Assembly: GCA_963699705.1 (NCBI GenBank)
Contig: CAVOUW010000001.1
Span: 33,929-97,928 of the forward strand
Origin: an uncultured delta proteobacterium
GTDB lineage: Bacteria; Desulfobacterota; Binatia; Binatales; Binataceae
DNA: 64,000 nt
Direction: 5' to 3'
Shown piece after piece: positions 29,176 to 39,661 of this stretch. The notes beneath the pieces are model-generated. The model was not told where the DNA came from. It saw only the letters and a program-made list of their open reading frames with translations, and ran no database searches. How positions within the stretch are numbered: position 1 is the stretch's first letter; each line of letters begins with the position of its first letter. The position numbers were made by a program, and so were the translations under genes.

Positions 29176-29907
29176 ATGGACCTGAAAAACAAAGTAGCCC
29201 TAATAACCGGCGCAGGCCGCCGCATCGGTCGCGCAATCGCGATGGACCTGGCCGCCCACGGCACATCAGTAGCAGTCCACTACCACACCTCGCGCACCGA
29301 AGCGGAATCCGTAGCCTCCGAAATCACCACCAACGGGTGCAAGGCGCAAACCTTCCGCGCCAATCTCGAGCACGTCACCGAAATCGAGCAGATGGTCACA
29401 AACGTCCTTGACGCCTTCGGCCGTATCGACATCCTAATAAACTCAGCCTCAGTCTTTGCCCCAACACCTATCGAAAAAATAACCGAGCGCGACTGGGATG
29501 TGAATCTCGACACCAACCTGAAGGCGCCATTCTTCCTATCGAAGTTCGCCAGCGCTGCGATGCGCAAACAAGGCGCTGGAAAGATCATCAATCTGGGCGA
29601 TTGGGCCGGCATCCGCCCCTACAAGGACTACCTGCCATACTCAGTCTCAAAGAGCGGCCTGATAGGATTGACCAAAGCGCTAGCAAAGGAGCTAGCCCCC
29701 GAAGTCCAGGTCAACTGCATAGCACTAGGAATGGTAATTCCCCCCGAGACTTACACGAAGGAAGAAGTAGATCGCCTCGTAAGTCGCACGCTGACAAAAA
29801 AAATGGGCACGCCCGAAGACGTAGCCCGCGCCGTCCTCTTCTTCTGCGAGACCGACTTCGCAACAGGCGCGGTACTAAGTCTCGAAGGTGGCCGCCTCCT
29901 GGTCTAA
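29176..29907 (+). CDS. SDR oxidoreductase (pteridine reductase/FolM-like)
   Basis: TGAGRRIG, VHYHTS, NSASVF, YSVSK. Confidence 0.85.
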   Translation: MDLKNKVALITGAGRRIGRAIAMDLAAHGTSVAVHYHTSRTEAESVASEITTNGCKAQTFRANLEHVTEIEQMVTNVLDAFGRIDILINSASVFAPTPIEKITERDWDVNLDTNLKAPFFLSKFASAAMRKQGAGKIINLGDWAGIRPYKDYLPYSVSKSGLIGLTKALAKELAPEVQVNCIALGMVIPPETYTKEEVDRLVSRTLTKKMGTPEDVARAVLFFCETDFATGAVLSLEGGRLLV

Positions 29908-29931
29908 GCGAGCGAGCTTTTGTGGTGGAAT

Positions 29932-30215
29932 CGCAGAACCCTCACCGCTGGCCGCCGATGCGGCCATCCACCTCTCCCGTAAAGCTCCCCCTCACCCGCG
30001 CCAGCGGCGCGACCTCTCCCGCAACAAAGCGGGAGAGGCGAATAATCAGTGGCGCGGGACGCAACATCCTAACTTGGGCGAGGGAAAAGTCGGACACTCC
30101 TCCCCAAAAAACTTCTAACAGGTGCGAAGCACCGCATCTTTTCTTGATACTAAGGTGCAGGGCTTAGCCCTGCCGAAGGAAGCGTGAAACCCACCGCGGG
30201 TTTCACATTAAATTA
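29932..30215 (+). repeat. Mosaic of repeats C and B between convergent genes
   Basis: CGCAGAACCCTCACC...CCTCTCCCG, then B at 30134-30215. Confidence 0.8.
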
Positions 30216-31271
30216 AGTTCCCTTCTGCGCCGCGCTCTCCCCGGGCGCCTTCTTGAATTCAATCTTAGCCTGCTTGGCGATCTTCTTGAGCAACGCCTTC
30301 ACGACCATATCCTCATTCTCATCGAGGATGAACATCGCGATCTTCGCCTTCACTTCCGGCAGCGGCGAGATCGTCTCCCCGCGCCGCGCGACCACTTTGA
30401 TAAAGCTGAATCCGAGATTCGACTGAACGATTTGCGTCAACTGCCCGACCGGCGTCGCGAACACCACCTTGTCCACCACCGGCGGCAGTTGCCCGGGCCG
30501 AAAGTAGCCGAGGTCGCCGCCCTTCGCCGCCGATTCGGTATCCTCCGAGTCCTGTTTCGCCAGCGCGGCGAAGTCCTTGGTCGTCTTCGCCTCGTTGTAA
30601 ATCTTGATGATCTTTTCCGCCGCCGCCTTCTTCTGCGCGTCGGTCGCATTCGGCGGAAGCTTCACCGCGATATGCGCCAGCTCCACCTCGCCTGGATCTT
30701 TCACGAACAGATCGCGATGCTCCTCATAATACTTCTGAATCTGCGCATCGGTAGGTTGCACATGATGCGCCCGGAATTCGTCGTCTAACATCTTCTCGAT
30801 CATCATCGACCCGCGCACCGCGTTCATCAGTTGCGCATCCGGCGCGCCCGTCTGAGGCGCAGTCTGTCCGCCCACTCCACCAATCTGGAACTCGCGCGCG
30901 CGCTGCGCCACTTCGGCATCCGAAATCGTGATCTTGCGTCTCGCCGCTTCCTGCAGCAGCAATTGCCGGTTGATTAAATTCTCACTCGCATCGCGAAATA
31001 CCGCCTTCGATTCTTCGGTGCTGGTCGCGTTGATCATCTGCGCTTCGGTCTTCGCATAATCGGTGATTTCCGCCGCCGTAATCGGCGCGCCGTTAACCGT
31101 CACCACCACCGGGTCTTTCGGATCGGGCTTGACCAGCGGAATGATCCCGAGAAAGCGCTGCTGCCAATTGAGCCCCGACTGACCCAGTTGCGCGCGCACC
31201 GGACAAGCGGTTGCAACTGCCACCACAATCGCGACAATCAGAAAGGCAATCGACTTCAGGCTAATGCGCAT
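30213..31271 (-). CDS. SurA/PrsA-like PpiC-type peptidyl-prolyl isomerase
   Basis: Signal peptide, VTVNGAPIT, AHIAVK, FAALAKQDSED, GGDLGYF. Confidence 0.88.
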   Translation of the reverse strand: MRISLKSIAFLIVAIVVAVATACPVRAQLGQSGLNWQQRFLGIIPLVKPDPKDPVVVTVNGAPITAAEITDYAKTEAQMINATSTEESKAVFRDASENLINRQLLLQEAARRKITISDAEVAQRAREFQIGGVGGQTAPQTGAPDAQLMNAVRGSMMIEKMLDDEFRAHHVQPTDAQIQKYYEEHRDLFVKDPGEVELAHIAVKLPPNATDAQKKAAAEKIIKIYNEAKTTKDFAALAKQDSEDTESAAKGGDLGYFRPGQLPPVVDKVVFATPVGQLTQIVQSNLGFSFIKVVARRGETISPLPEVKAKIAMFILDENEDMVVKALLKKIAKQAKIEFKKAPGESAAQKGT

Positions 31272-31366
31272 CAATTCAAATCCCCCAATCGGCAACGACG
31301 CGACGCGATGAATCCACGGCGTACTATCGGCCGCGCCCCGGCGTCAAGGCAATCTGGAGATTCGCG

Positions 31367-31552
31367 ATGGCGCAATTGCGCACGGTGAGCATGGTCTTCG
31401 CGATAATCGCAAGCGTGGTCGCGCTGGTCGCCGGCTTCATCCTGTTCTTCGTAATCGAGCCGCCATTCCTCGCCTCGATTTTCCTGGCCTCCGCCTCAAT
31501 CGCCATCGGATGCTTCATCCTGACCGGCATCGCCGCCTACTTCACCCCCTGA
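31367..31552 (+). CDS. Small two-TM hypothetical protein
   Basis: SD GGAG; two hydrophobic segments. Confidence 0.6.
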   Translation: MAQLRTVSMVFAIIASVVALVAGFILFFVIEPPFLASIFLASASIAIGCFILTGIAAYFTP

Positions 31553-31571
31553 CCTGGCCTCGCAAACCATC

Positions 31572-31670
31572 CTAACAGGGACGAAGTCCCGCATCTTCTC
31601 TTAATACTAAGGTGCAGGGCTTAGCCCTGCCCAAGGAAGCGTGAAACCCACGGTGGGTTTCACATTTAAT
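31572..31670 (+). repeat. Repeat family B (extended form)
   Basis: CTAACAGGGACGAAGTCCCGCATC 5' extension shared with the 47961 copy. Confidence 0.85.
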
Positions 31671-32442
31671 TAAGTGAATTCCTCCCGCTGCGCGGCACGA
31701 GCGCCGGCGCATACTTCGTCACGCACGGCGGACCGGGCGCAAAGTAATGCGCCATCTCCGACCCATCACCCCGCATGAAAATCAAGCTCGACGACCGCGT
31801 CCCATAATTCTCGAGATGCAAGCACAACGCATTGGGCCGTCCCGATCGCGGATCAAGCTGCGTATTGTGATCAGCCAGCAGCGCCCCCAGCGCAGCCCTC
31901 TGCTCAATCGGATCGCGTCGAAAATCCTCGCGATTCCCAAGCGCCGCAAACTTCCCGTACGACGCGCTGATCTTCGGACACTCGAAATCATTCAGATCGA
32001 GATTTGACAGCAGATGGAGTCCCGGTTTGATCTCGACCACTTCGATTGACGCGCCGCGATTGTACGCGACGAAAGCCTCGGTCCGTGACACGATCAACAA
32101 ATTGAACGGATTGTAATCCGACCCGCGCTCCTTCGACGCGAACTCGGCGGCCTCGCGCGCCGTCCGTCGCCGCAGCGCATCGAGGCACAGCAGCCCGCGC
32201 GATCGCGCATCCGGATTGCCGCCATTCTCCGCCCGCCGATTCAGCAGTCCCGCAACGATCCCATTCTGACTAATCCCCAGCCAGGTCCCCCCCGCCTTAA
32301 GATCCTTCCCCCCAACAATGTGTGGATCCTCGAGCAGAGCAACCGGGTCAACCGCGGGCCGCTCGAGAAACTCATCGCGATTAGCCGCAATCACCACCGG
32401 ACAGTCGCCGGTAACCCGAAAATAAATCGCAAGCGTGCACAT
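31666..32442 (-). CDS. NRDE/TANGO2 family protein
   Basis: MCTL start, AANRDEF, GGTWLG, SRGLL, YGTRSS. Confidence 0.9.
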   Translation of the reverse strand: MCTLAIYFRVTGDCPVVIAANRDEFLERPAVDPVALLEDPHIVGGKDLKAGGTWLGISQNGIVAGLLNRRAENGGNPDARSRGLLCLDALRRRTAREAAEFASKERGSDYNPFNLLIVSRTEAFVAYNRGASIEVVEIKPGLHLLSNLDLNDFECPKISASYGKFAALGNREDFRRDPIEQRAALGALLADHNTQLDPRSGRPNALCLHLENYGTRSSSLIFMRGDGSEMAHYFAPGPPCVTKYAPALVPRSGRNSLN

Positions 32443-32499
32443 CCAACAAAATTTGACAGCCCCGCAGCCCCCCGCACAACCCCTAATCAAAAAACTATA

Positions 32500-32550
32500 G
32501 TGCAGGGGTCACCCCTGCCCAAGGAAGTGTGAAACCCAGGCGGGTTTCAC
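32500..32550 (+). repeat. Repeat family B
   Basis: GTGCAGGGGTCACCCCTGC...GTGAAACCCAGGCGGGTTTCAC. Confidence 0.85.
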
Positions 32551-32581
32551 TATTCGTGTTTCGTTCTCCTGAACTAATCGA

Positions 32582-32597
32582 CGTTTCACGTGAAACA
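32582..32597. promoter_or_regulatory. parS-like palindrome
   Basis: CGTTTCACGTGAAACA, 15/16 match to TGTTTCACGTGAAACA; intergenic. Confidence 0.6.
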
Positions 32598-32707
32598 TTT
32601 GTGCGAAATCTTCAATACCCGCGCCCCTAATTCGACCACCCTCCCTGCAAATGACCGCCATTGCGTGCGCGCCATCCTCAATCACTCGACTTTGATAGAA
32701 TCGTTGC

Positions 32708-33931
32708 GTGTTGGCAGGAGAGCGATTCGACGTGATCGTTATCGGCGCGGGCGTCGTCGGCAGTTCGGTCGCGATGGGCCTCGCCGAGCGCTCCCTCAAG
32801 ACCCTCGCCGTCGATATCGATCTCAGCGGACGCCTCAGTTCCAGCGAGAAAAACGCCGGCGGAGTGCGCGCCACATGGTGGCAGCGCGTCAACATTGCGC
32901 TATGCCGAGGGTCGATTGAATATTACCAGCGCGTGCGGGACGAGGTCGGCTTTCGCCAGAAGGGCTACCTCTGGCTCTACGACAAAGATACGTTCGCAGG
33001 TGCGCTCGAGCATATCCCGCTCCAGCGCGAACTCGGCCATCAGATCGAAGCGCTGACACCCGCCGAAGTGAATCGCCGCGTCCCCGAAATCGACAAACTC
33101 GACGGAATTGCCGGCGCGACGTTCTCGCCCGCCGACGGACTCATCAATCCAAACCTGCTCAAGGAACACTATCGCGCCCGCGCGCTGAAGCTCGGCGCCC
33201 AGTTTCTCGATCGTACCTACGTCGTCGCGATCGACGCGAGCGCCGCTGACGTCCGTCTTCAATGCTGGCAGTCTGACGATCCGCACACCGACGAAGGCCT
33301 GGTCCGCATGATGACCCAGGACGGCCCCGGCGAAGCCGAAACGGGCCGCGTCTTCGACCTGAATTCTAACTCCATCGTGATCGCCGGCGGTGCATGGTCG
33401 CCGACTGCGATGAAGCTGCTGAAGCTCCGCAACTGGACGGAACCGGTTCGCCGCCAGGTATGTATCGTGGACAATCGCGAGACCAACTTCGCGAACTACG
33501 GGATGATCGTCGACACCTCAGGCGTCTACTTTCACAACGAGGGCGGGCACATCCTCGCCGGCTACTCGCCGCCCGACGAGCCTCCCGGTTATCACTTCAA
33601 GTACGACGGCGAGCCCTTCTTCCTGAACGAAGTCTGGCCGCGGATGTACGCGCGGATGTCCGCGATGGAACGCCTGCGCCACGTCACCGGATGGGCCGGC
33701 TTGTACGAAGTCAGTCCCGACCGCAGCGCAATCGTCGGCCGCGCCGATCCAACCAAACGCATCTACGAAGCGCACTCATTCAGCGGCCGCGGCGTGATGC
33801 AATCCTACGGCGCCGGCCAAGCCCTCGCCGACCTGATCGCCAACGGCAAGTACGGAACCTTCGACGCCTCCGCACTGTCCCGCGACCGCTTCGACCGCAA
33901 CGAGCAAGTCCGGGAAGAACTCCACATCTGA
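32708..33931 (+). CDS. FAD-dependent oxidoreductase (DAO / sarcosine oxidase beta-like)
   Basis: VIVIGAGVVG, SSEKNAGG, WAGLYEVSPD, FSGRG. Confidence 0.88.
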   Translation: MLAGERFDVIVIGAGVVGSSVAMGLAERSLKTLAVDIDLSGRLSSSEKNAGGVRATWWQRVNIALCRGSIEYYQRVRDEVGFRQKGYLWLYDKDTFAGALEHIPLQRELGHQIEALTPAEVNRRVPEIDKLDGIAGATFSPADGLINPNLLKEHYRARALKLGAQFLDRTYVVAIDASAADVRLQCWQSDDPHTDEGLVRMMTQDGPGEAETGRVFDLNSNSIVIAGGAWSPTAMKLLKLRNWTEPVRRQVCIVDNRETNFANYGMIVDTSGVYFHNEGGHILAGYSPPDEPPGYHFKYDGEPFFLNEVWPRMYARMSAMERLRHVTGWAGLYEVSPDRSAIVGRADPTKRIYEAHSFSGRGVMQSYGAGQALADLIANGKYGTFDASALSRDRFDRNEQVREELHI

Positions 33932-34047
33932 ACTGACCACTGGCCAAGCCACGGTCCTACAGTGGGTTTCCTCCCCTTAACTCGGCGTGATATTTAATCT
34001 ATTCCGCGCGGGGCTTGCCCCTTCGGTTCCGCAGCAGAGGAGCATTG

Positions 34048-35007
34048 ATGTTTTCATCGATCGAGGACGTAGTCGAGCGATTCGCCAAGAACAATTACAT
34101 CGCCAGCCGGCGAATCGCGACTGTCATCTACCTGGCGAGCGAGATGCGCAAGCCCATCCTGGTCGAAGGTCCCGCCGGCGTCGGCAAGACCGACCTGGCC
34201 AAGGTGCTCGCCGCGTCGCTCGGCTTCGACATGATTCGCCTCCAGTGTTACGAGGGCCTCGACGAGGGCAAGGCGCTCTACGAATGGGAGTACGCCAAGC
34301 AGCTGCTCTACACGCAAATCCTCAAGGACAAAATCAGCGAAGTGCTGGTCGGCGCCAAGGGCCTGACCGAGGCCGTCGATCGAATCGCGGCGCAGGACGA
34401 AGTATTTTTCTCCGAGCGCTTCGTGCTGCCGCGCCCGCTGCTCAAGGCTATCTCGAGCCCGGAGCCGTCGGTGCTGCTGATCGACGAGATCGACAAGGCT
34501 GACGCCGAGTTCGAAGCGTTCCTGCTCGAGCTGCTGTCGGATTTCCAGGTCACGGTGCCTGAGTTGGGAACGCTCAAGGCCAAGCACATTCCGCTGGTAG
34601 TGCTGACCTCGAACAACGCGCGCGAAATGTCCGACGCGCTGAAGCGTCGATGCCTGCATCTGTACATCGATTTTCCCGATCGCGCGCAGGAACTTGCAAT
34701 CGTCAAGCTCAAGGTGCCCGAGGCCGCCGACAAGCTCGCCCAGGAAGTCGTCACCGTCGTGCAATCGTTGCGTAAGCTCGATCTGAAGAAGACTCCCGGT
34801 ATCAGCGAGACGCTCGATTGGGTCAAAGCGCTGACGCTGCTCAACGTGAACAGCCTCGATCAGGAACTCGTGACCGAGACGCTCGACACGATCGTCAAGT
34901 ACGAAGGCGACGTTCGCAAGGCGCAGGAAGAGCTGAAGGATTACGTGCGCCGCGTGCGCGCGCGTCGCGGCACCGAGGCCGGCAGCGACAAAGATCTTCT
35001 CAACTGA
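34048..35007 (+). CDS. MoxR-family AAA+ ATPase (CoxD-like)
   Basis: EGPAGVGKT, RLQCYEGLDE, LLIDEIDK, SDALKRRC. Confidence 0.92.
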   Translation: MFSSIEDVVERFAKNNYIASRRIATVIYLASEMRKPILVEGPAGVGKTDLAKVLAASLGFDMIRLQCYEGLDEGKALYEWEYAKQLLYTQILKDKISEVLVGAKGLTEAVDRIAAQDEVFFSERFVLPRPLLKAISSPEPSVLLIDEIDKADAEFEAFLLELLSDFQVTVPELGTLKAKHIPLVVLTSNNAREMSDALKRRCLHLYIDFPDRAQELAIVKLKVPEAADKLAQEVVTVVQSLRKLDLKKTPGISETLDWVKALTLLNVNSLDQELVTETLDTIVKYEGDVRKAQEELKDYVRRVRARRGTEAGSDKDLLN

Positions 35008-35049
35008 ATAAGTGCGTCTGGTTAGAATAGGGCAGGGCACCGCGACACC

Positions 35050-36462
35050 ATGCAAGAGAAGCTCGTAGAATTTGCGAACCTGCTGCGCGAGAATGGCGTG
35101 CGCGTCTCGCTGGCGGAGACGCTCGACGCATTCAACGCCTCCGAAGTCACCGGCCTGAACGAGCGCGACGCGTTCCGAGCCGCGCTGCGCGCCACGATGG
35201 TCAAGCGGGCCAGCGAATTGCCGGTCTTCGAAGAGCTGTTCGATATCTATTTTTCCGGCCTCGGCGAGATCATCAAGCAGGCGAGCCAGGCGGTGCAGAA
35301 TGCGCTCTCGATGTCCGATCAGGAGTTCCAAAAATTTCTGGACGAAGTCGAGAAGATGCTCAAGAAAGAGGGCAAGAATCTTTCCGAGCTCGCCAAGCAG
35401 CTTTTGCAGAACAACTCAGGCGAGATGGAGCGGAAGATCCGCGAGGCCTCGCGCGCGGTGAAGCTGCAAGGTATCGAGCGAACTATCGAGGAAAATTATT
35501 TCGCCCGCGCGCTCGCGCGCCAGCTCGGCCTCGACAAAATCGAAGCCGAGATCAAGGAACTGCGCGAGCAGCTCGAGAAGATGGACATTGGCTCCGAGCT
35601 CAAGGCCAAGATGGAAGAGTACCTCGAGCGGCGGCTCAAGGCGCTCGACGATATCATCCGCCGCTACGTACGGATGGAGCGCGAGAAGCGCGATATCAAG
35701 CAGAAGGAAGATCAGCGCCTCAACCAGATTGGCGAGAAAAGTTTCTACTACCTGACCGAAGAAGAGCTCAAGAAAATGAACGAGGCGGTGACGCGCCTCG
35801 CGCAGCGTTTGAAGAACGTGATCACGGTGCGGCGCAAGCGCTCGAAGAAAGGCCGCTTCGATATCAAGCGCACGCTGCGCCAGAACCTGACCTACGGCGG
35901 CGTCCCGTTCAAACTTCGCTTCGAGAAGCGCAAGAAGGAGAAGCCGCAGGTCGTGATCCTGTGCGACGTTTCCGATTCGGTGCGCAACGCCTCGCGCTTC
36001 ATGCTGCAGTTCGTGTACTCGCTGCAGGATCTCTACTCGCGCGTGCGCAGTTTTATTTTCGTCGCCGATATCGGCGAGGTGACTGAATGCTTCCGCAACA
36101 ACGACGCCAAGGAAGCGCTCGACGTCGCGCTCAAGGGCGATATCATCAATGTCTATGCTCACTCGAATTTCGGCTACGCGTTCCGCAACTTTGTCACCGA
36201 CCATCTCGGGGCGGTGAACAAGCGCACGACCGTGATCGTGCTCGGCGACGCGCGCAACAACTACAATCTTCCGCACGATTGGTGCTTGCGTGAAATCCGC
36301 CAGCGCGCGAAAAGAGTGATCTGGTTAAATCCTGAAAGCCGCAACACGTGGGGCTTCGGCGACAGCGAGATGGATCGCTACGCCCCGCACTGCGACCTGG
36401 TGGAAGAGTGCCGCAATCTCAACCAGCTTTACCGCGTAGTCGATCGCTTGGTCGCAAGCTGA
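35050..36462 (+). CDS. VWA-domain protein (CoxE-like)
   Basis: LCDVSDSV MIDAS-like motif, GDARNNY, WLNPE. Confidence 0.9.
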   Translation: MQEKLVEFANLLRENGVRVSLAETLDAFNASEVTGLNERDAFRAALRATMVKRASELPVFEELFDIYFSGLGEIIKQASQAVQNALSMSDQEFQKFLDEVEKMLKKEGKNLSELAKQLLQNNSGEMERKIREASRAVKLQGIERTIEENYFARALARQLGLDKIEAEIKELREQLEKMDIGSELKAKMEEYLERRLKALDDIIRRYVRMEREKRDIKQKEDQRLNQIGEKSFYYLTEEELKKMNEAVTRLAQRLKNVITVRRKRSKKGRFDIKRTLRQNLTYGGVPFKLRFEKRKKEKPQVVILCDVSDSVRNASRFMLQFVYSLQDLYSRVRSFIFVADIGEVTECFRNNDAKEALDVALKGDIINVYAHSNFGYAFRNFVTDHLGAVNKRTTVIVLGDARNNYNLPHDWCLREIRQRAKRVIWLNPESRNTWGFGDSEMDRYAPHCDLVEECRNLNQLYRVVDRLVAS

Positions 36463-36590
36463 CGGACTGGATCCTCGGGGCTGCGCAGCATGCTCGGTTG
36501 ACCACGCGCCGTCTTTGGGCCAAGATATTTTCTCCGGGTGATGAGCGGAAATCTCACTCGAATCCGCGCGCGCTTGAAGAAAAAAGGTTG

Positions 36591-37136
36591 ATGAGCCCTT
36601 CTATGGCTGGTCACAGGGAAGATTTCATTCTGATGATTGTAGGCGGGATCACGCTCGATCCCTCCACCAAGATGCCGATCGTCGTCCTGAAGGACCCCGA
36701 CAACAAGCTCAACCTGCATATCTGGATCGGCCCGCTCGAGGCCACTGCGATGGCCACTGAGCTCGAGGGAATCAAGCCGCAGCGCCCGATGACGCATGAC
36801 CTGCTGCGCAACCTGATGACCGAGTTCGGCGCGGTGGTTGAGTCTGCCGAGATCACCGAGCTGCGCGAGAATACCTACTTCGCGCGAATCCAGGTGAAGA
36901 CCCGCGACGGCAAGGCGCTCGAAATCGATTCGCGCCCGAGCGACGCGATCGCGCTCGCGCTGCGCACCAAGTCGCCGATTTACGTCGCCAAGAAAGTGCT
37001 CGAGGCGTCAAGCGAGCTCCACGAATCCCAGGGCGAACCGCAGACTTCGGATCAGAACCTCGCCGGGGTTTCGCGCGACAAATGGTCCGAAATCCTCGAG
37101 CGGATGTCGCCCGAGGATTTCAAATACAAGATGTAG
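36591..37136 (+). CDS. Bifunctional nuclease family (DUF151) protein
   Basis: IWIGPLEA, RPMTHDL, DSRPSDAIALALR; start uncertain. Confidence 0.9.
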   Translation: MSPSMAGHREDFILMIVGGITLDPSTKMPIVVLKDPDNKLNLHIWIGPLEATAMATELEGIKPQRPMTHDLLRNLMTEFGAVVESAEITELRENTYFARIQVKTRDGKALEIDSRPSDAIALALRTKSPIYVAKKVLEASSELHESQGEPQTSDQNLAGVSRDKWSEILERMSPEDFKYKM

Positions 37137-37193
37137 GGCGCGTGCGCGCCGACTCCTTGTCCCTCTGCCGGGCGGCGCCCGCTGGAGCATTCG

Positions 37194-37931
37194 ATGCCGC
37201 CGACTACTCATCGCCGTAAGATAACCCAAAAAGAACTCCGCGCGCCCGACGAGTTCACAACTTTCGTTGATAGCGCACGCGACTTCTTCTTCAACAATCT
37301 CACCCAGGTGATTGTCTCGGCCGGGGTCGTGGTCGCGGTCGGCGCGATCGTGATTGGTGTTTACTACTACGAGCGGCATCGCGATACGCTCGCGTCGGCG
37401 CGCTTCTATGACGCGATCACGGCGCTCAACGCCGGCCAGAACAAAACCGCCGAGACGCAGTTTAAACAGCTCGCCGATGAAGAGCCCGGGCGCCGGCTCG
37501 GACGCTTGTCACGCTTCTATCTCGCGAATTCATATCTTGCCGACGGCGATCTCCCGAATGCGCGCGACTCGCTGGTCGCATTTCTTGCCGAAGAGCGTGA
37601 TCCGATGTTCCGCAGCCTCGCACTGACCAATCTCGCGGTGGTTTACGAGCGGATGGCCGACTGGAAAAAGGCCGCAGGCGCTTATCAGCAGGCGGCGGCC
37701 GACCCCGGGCCGGAGCAGGTGAGGGCGGAGCTCGGCGTCGCGCGGATGCTCGCAAAGTCGGGCGATAAACAGGGCGCAATCTCTGCGTATCGCGCGTTCC
37801 TCAACGCGCATCCATTCGCCCAACAGCGCCAGGACGTCCTGGAATCGTTAGCACTGCTAGGCGCCCCCGCCGACATAGCACCACCATCACTAGGCGCCTC
37901 CGCCGGCCCCCAACCCGTCGTCATCCACTAG
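37194..37931 (+). CDS. Membrane-anchored TPR protein (YfgM-like)
   Basis: KELRAPDEF N-terminus, one TM helix, TPR-like helices. Confidence 0.8.
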   Translation: MPPTTHRRKITQKELRAPDEFTTFVDSARDFFFNNLTQVIVSAGVVVAVGAIVIGVYYYERHRDTLASARFYDAITALNAGQNKTAETQFKQLADEEPGRRLGRLSRFYLANSYLADGDLPNARDSLVAFLAEERDPMFRSLALTNLAVVYERMADWKKAAGAYQQAAADPGPEQVRAELGVARMLAKSGDKQGAISAYRAFLNAHPFAQQRQDVLESLALLGAPADIAPPSLGASAGPQPVVIH

Positions 37932-37968
37932 CCCGCGCAACTCGTTCTAATAATCCGGTCCGCTTTTA

Positions 37969-38096
37969 ATTCTGGTTCCCCTTCCCGCTCAGGAAGAGGC
38001 TACTCCCAACAATCTGATTCCCCTTCCCGCTCAGGAAGAGGCTACTCCCAACAATCCGGTTCCCCTTCCCGCTCGGGAAGGGGTTAGGGGTTAGGT
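37969..38096 (+). repeat. Tandem 42-bp units derived from repeat A
   Basis: Units start at 37969, 38011 and 38053. Confidence 0.85.
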
Positions 38097-38183
38097 TGTC
38101 AGTCCCCAAGACCACGCCATCCAACAAGATCGCTGCCCACTAAATTTTGACTATTCATCCCCGCGGTGCGTTATGATGCGCCG

Positions 38184-39661
38184 ATGAATAAAGCCACGGC
38201 GCCCTGTAAAGACCAGCTCAAGAGCATCGCGCGACGTGCGATGCTGCAACGAGGCCTGCTGCCAGACTTCTCCCCCGAGGTCATGGCACAAACGAGTTCG
38301 ATCACGAAGCCGGCTGCCGCGTCGGGCCCATCGTTGAAAGACCTTCGGCGCTCGTTGTGGTGCTCGATCGACAACGACGATTCGCTCGACCTCGATCAGC
38401 TTTCCGTCGCGGAGCAACTCCCGGATGGCGCGGTGAAAATTCTCGTCGCGATCGCCGATGTCGATGCGATCGTAAAAAAAGGCTCTGCTATCGACGACCA
38501 CGCGCGGACCAATACGACTTCGGTCTATACCGCCGCAGAAATCTTCCCGATGCTCCCCGAGAAACTCTCGACCGATCTCACGTCGCTGGCCGACGGCCAG
38601 GAGCGGCTCGCTTTTGTGATCGAGATGGAAGTTGGCGCCGACGGTGCGGTCGGAAAATCCGACATCTACCGGGCGGTAGTGGTAAATCGCGCGAAGCTCG
38701 CCTACAACAGCGTCGCTGCGTGGCTGGATGGAACCGCGCCCGCACCCGCGCCGATCACAAAAGTACCTGGCCTCGACCAGAATCTCCGCATCCAGGATCG
38801 CGCAGCGCAAGCGATGCGAAAACTGCGGCTGCAACGCGGCGCATTGACGCTCGAAACTATCGAAGCGCGCCCCGTGTTCGACGGCGATTCGCTGACTGAT
38901 CTCAAAGCCGACCAGAAGAATCGCGCGACCGAGCTAATCGAAGATTTCATGATCGGGGCGAACGGGGTGACGGCTAGATTCCTCGAGCAGAAAGGTTTTC
39001 CCGCGCTGCGCCGAGTCCTCAAATCGCCCGAGCGATGGGCGAGAATCGTCGAACTCGCGAAGGACCTGGGCGGACAGCTGCCGCCGAATCCGGATTCCGC
39101 GGCGCTCGAGCAATTCCTCGAGGATCGACGACAGGCTGACCCCGCGCGCTTTCCAGACCTCTCACTTTCAATCGTGAAGCTGCTGGGTCGCGGCGAATAC
39201 GATCTCGATCTTCCCGGCCAGAAAGTTCCCGGACACTTCGGGCTTGCGGTGAACGACTACACGCATTCGACCGCGCCGAATCGCCGTTTCCCGGATCTCA
39301 TCACGCAGCGTCTGTTGAAGGCTGCGCTTTCGGGGACGCCGACGCCGTATCGCAACGACGAACTCAGTGAACTGGCGCGGCACTGCACCGATCAAGAGGA
39401 CAACGCGACCAAGGTCGAGCGGCAAGTGCGAAAATCGGCCGCCGCGCTCCTGCTCGAAACGCGCGTGGGTGATCGGTTTGACGGAATTGTGACCGGTGCT
39501 TCCGACAAAGGAACTTGGGTGCGAATAGATCGTCCCGCGGCCGAGGGCAGAGTCGTGCGGAACTACAAGGGCTTCGATGTCGGAGACCAGGTTACCGTCG
39601 AACTGGTCGCTACCGATGTCGATCCGGCTTCGTGGATTTCGCCGGGGTCCGAAAATCATGA
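38184..39661 (+). CDS. RNB-domain exoribonuclease (RNase II/R family), apparent 1-nt deletion near 39625
   Basis: SIDNDDSLDLDQ, LIEDFMI, YTHSTAPNRRFPDL, S1 domain; restored tail GFVDFAGVRKS*. Confidence 0.88.

Noticed and set aside
34048-36462. CO dehydrogenase cluster
   Set aside because: Only the generic CoxD/CoxE-like chaperone pair is present; no coxMSL in the window.
37969-38096. Possible CRISPR array
   Set aside because: Units are contiguous with no unique spacers, derive from repeat A, and no cas genes are present.
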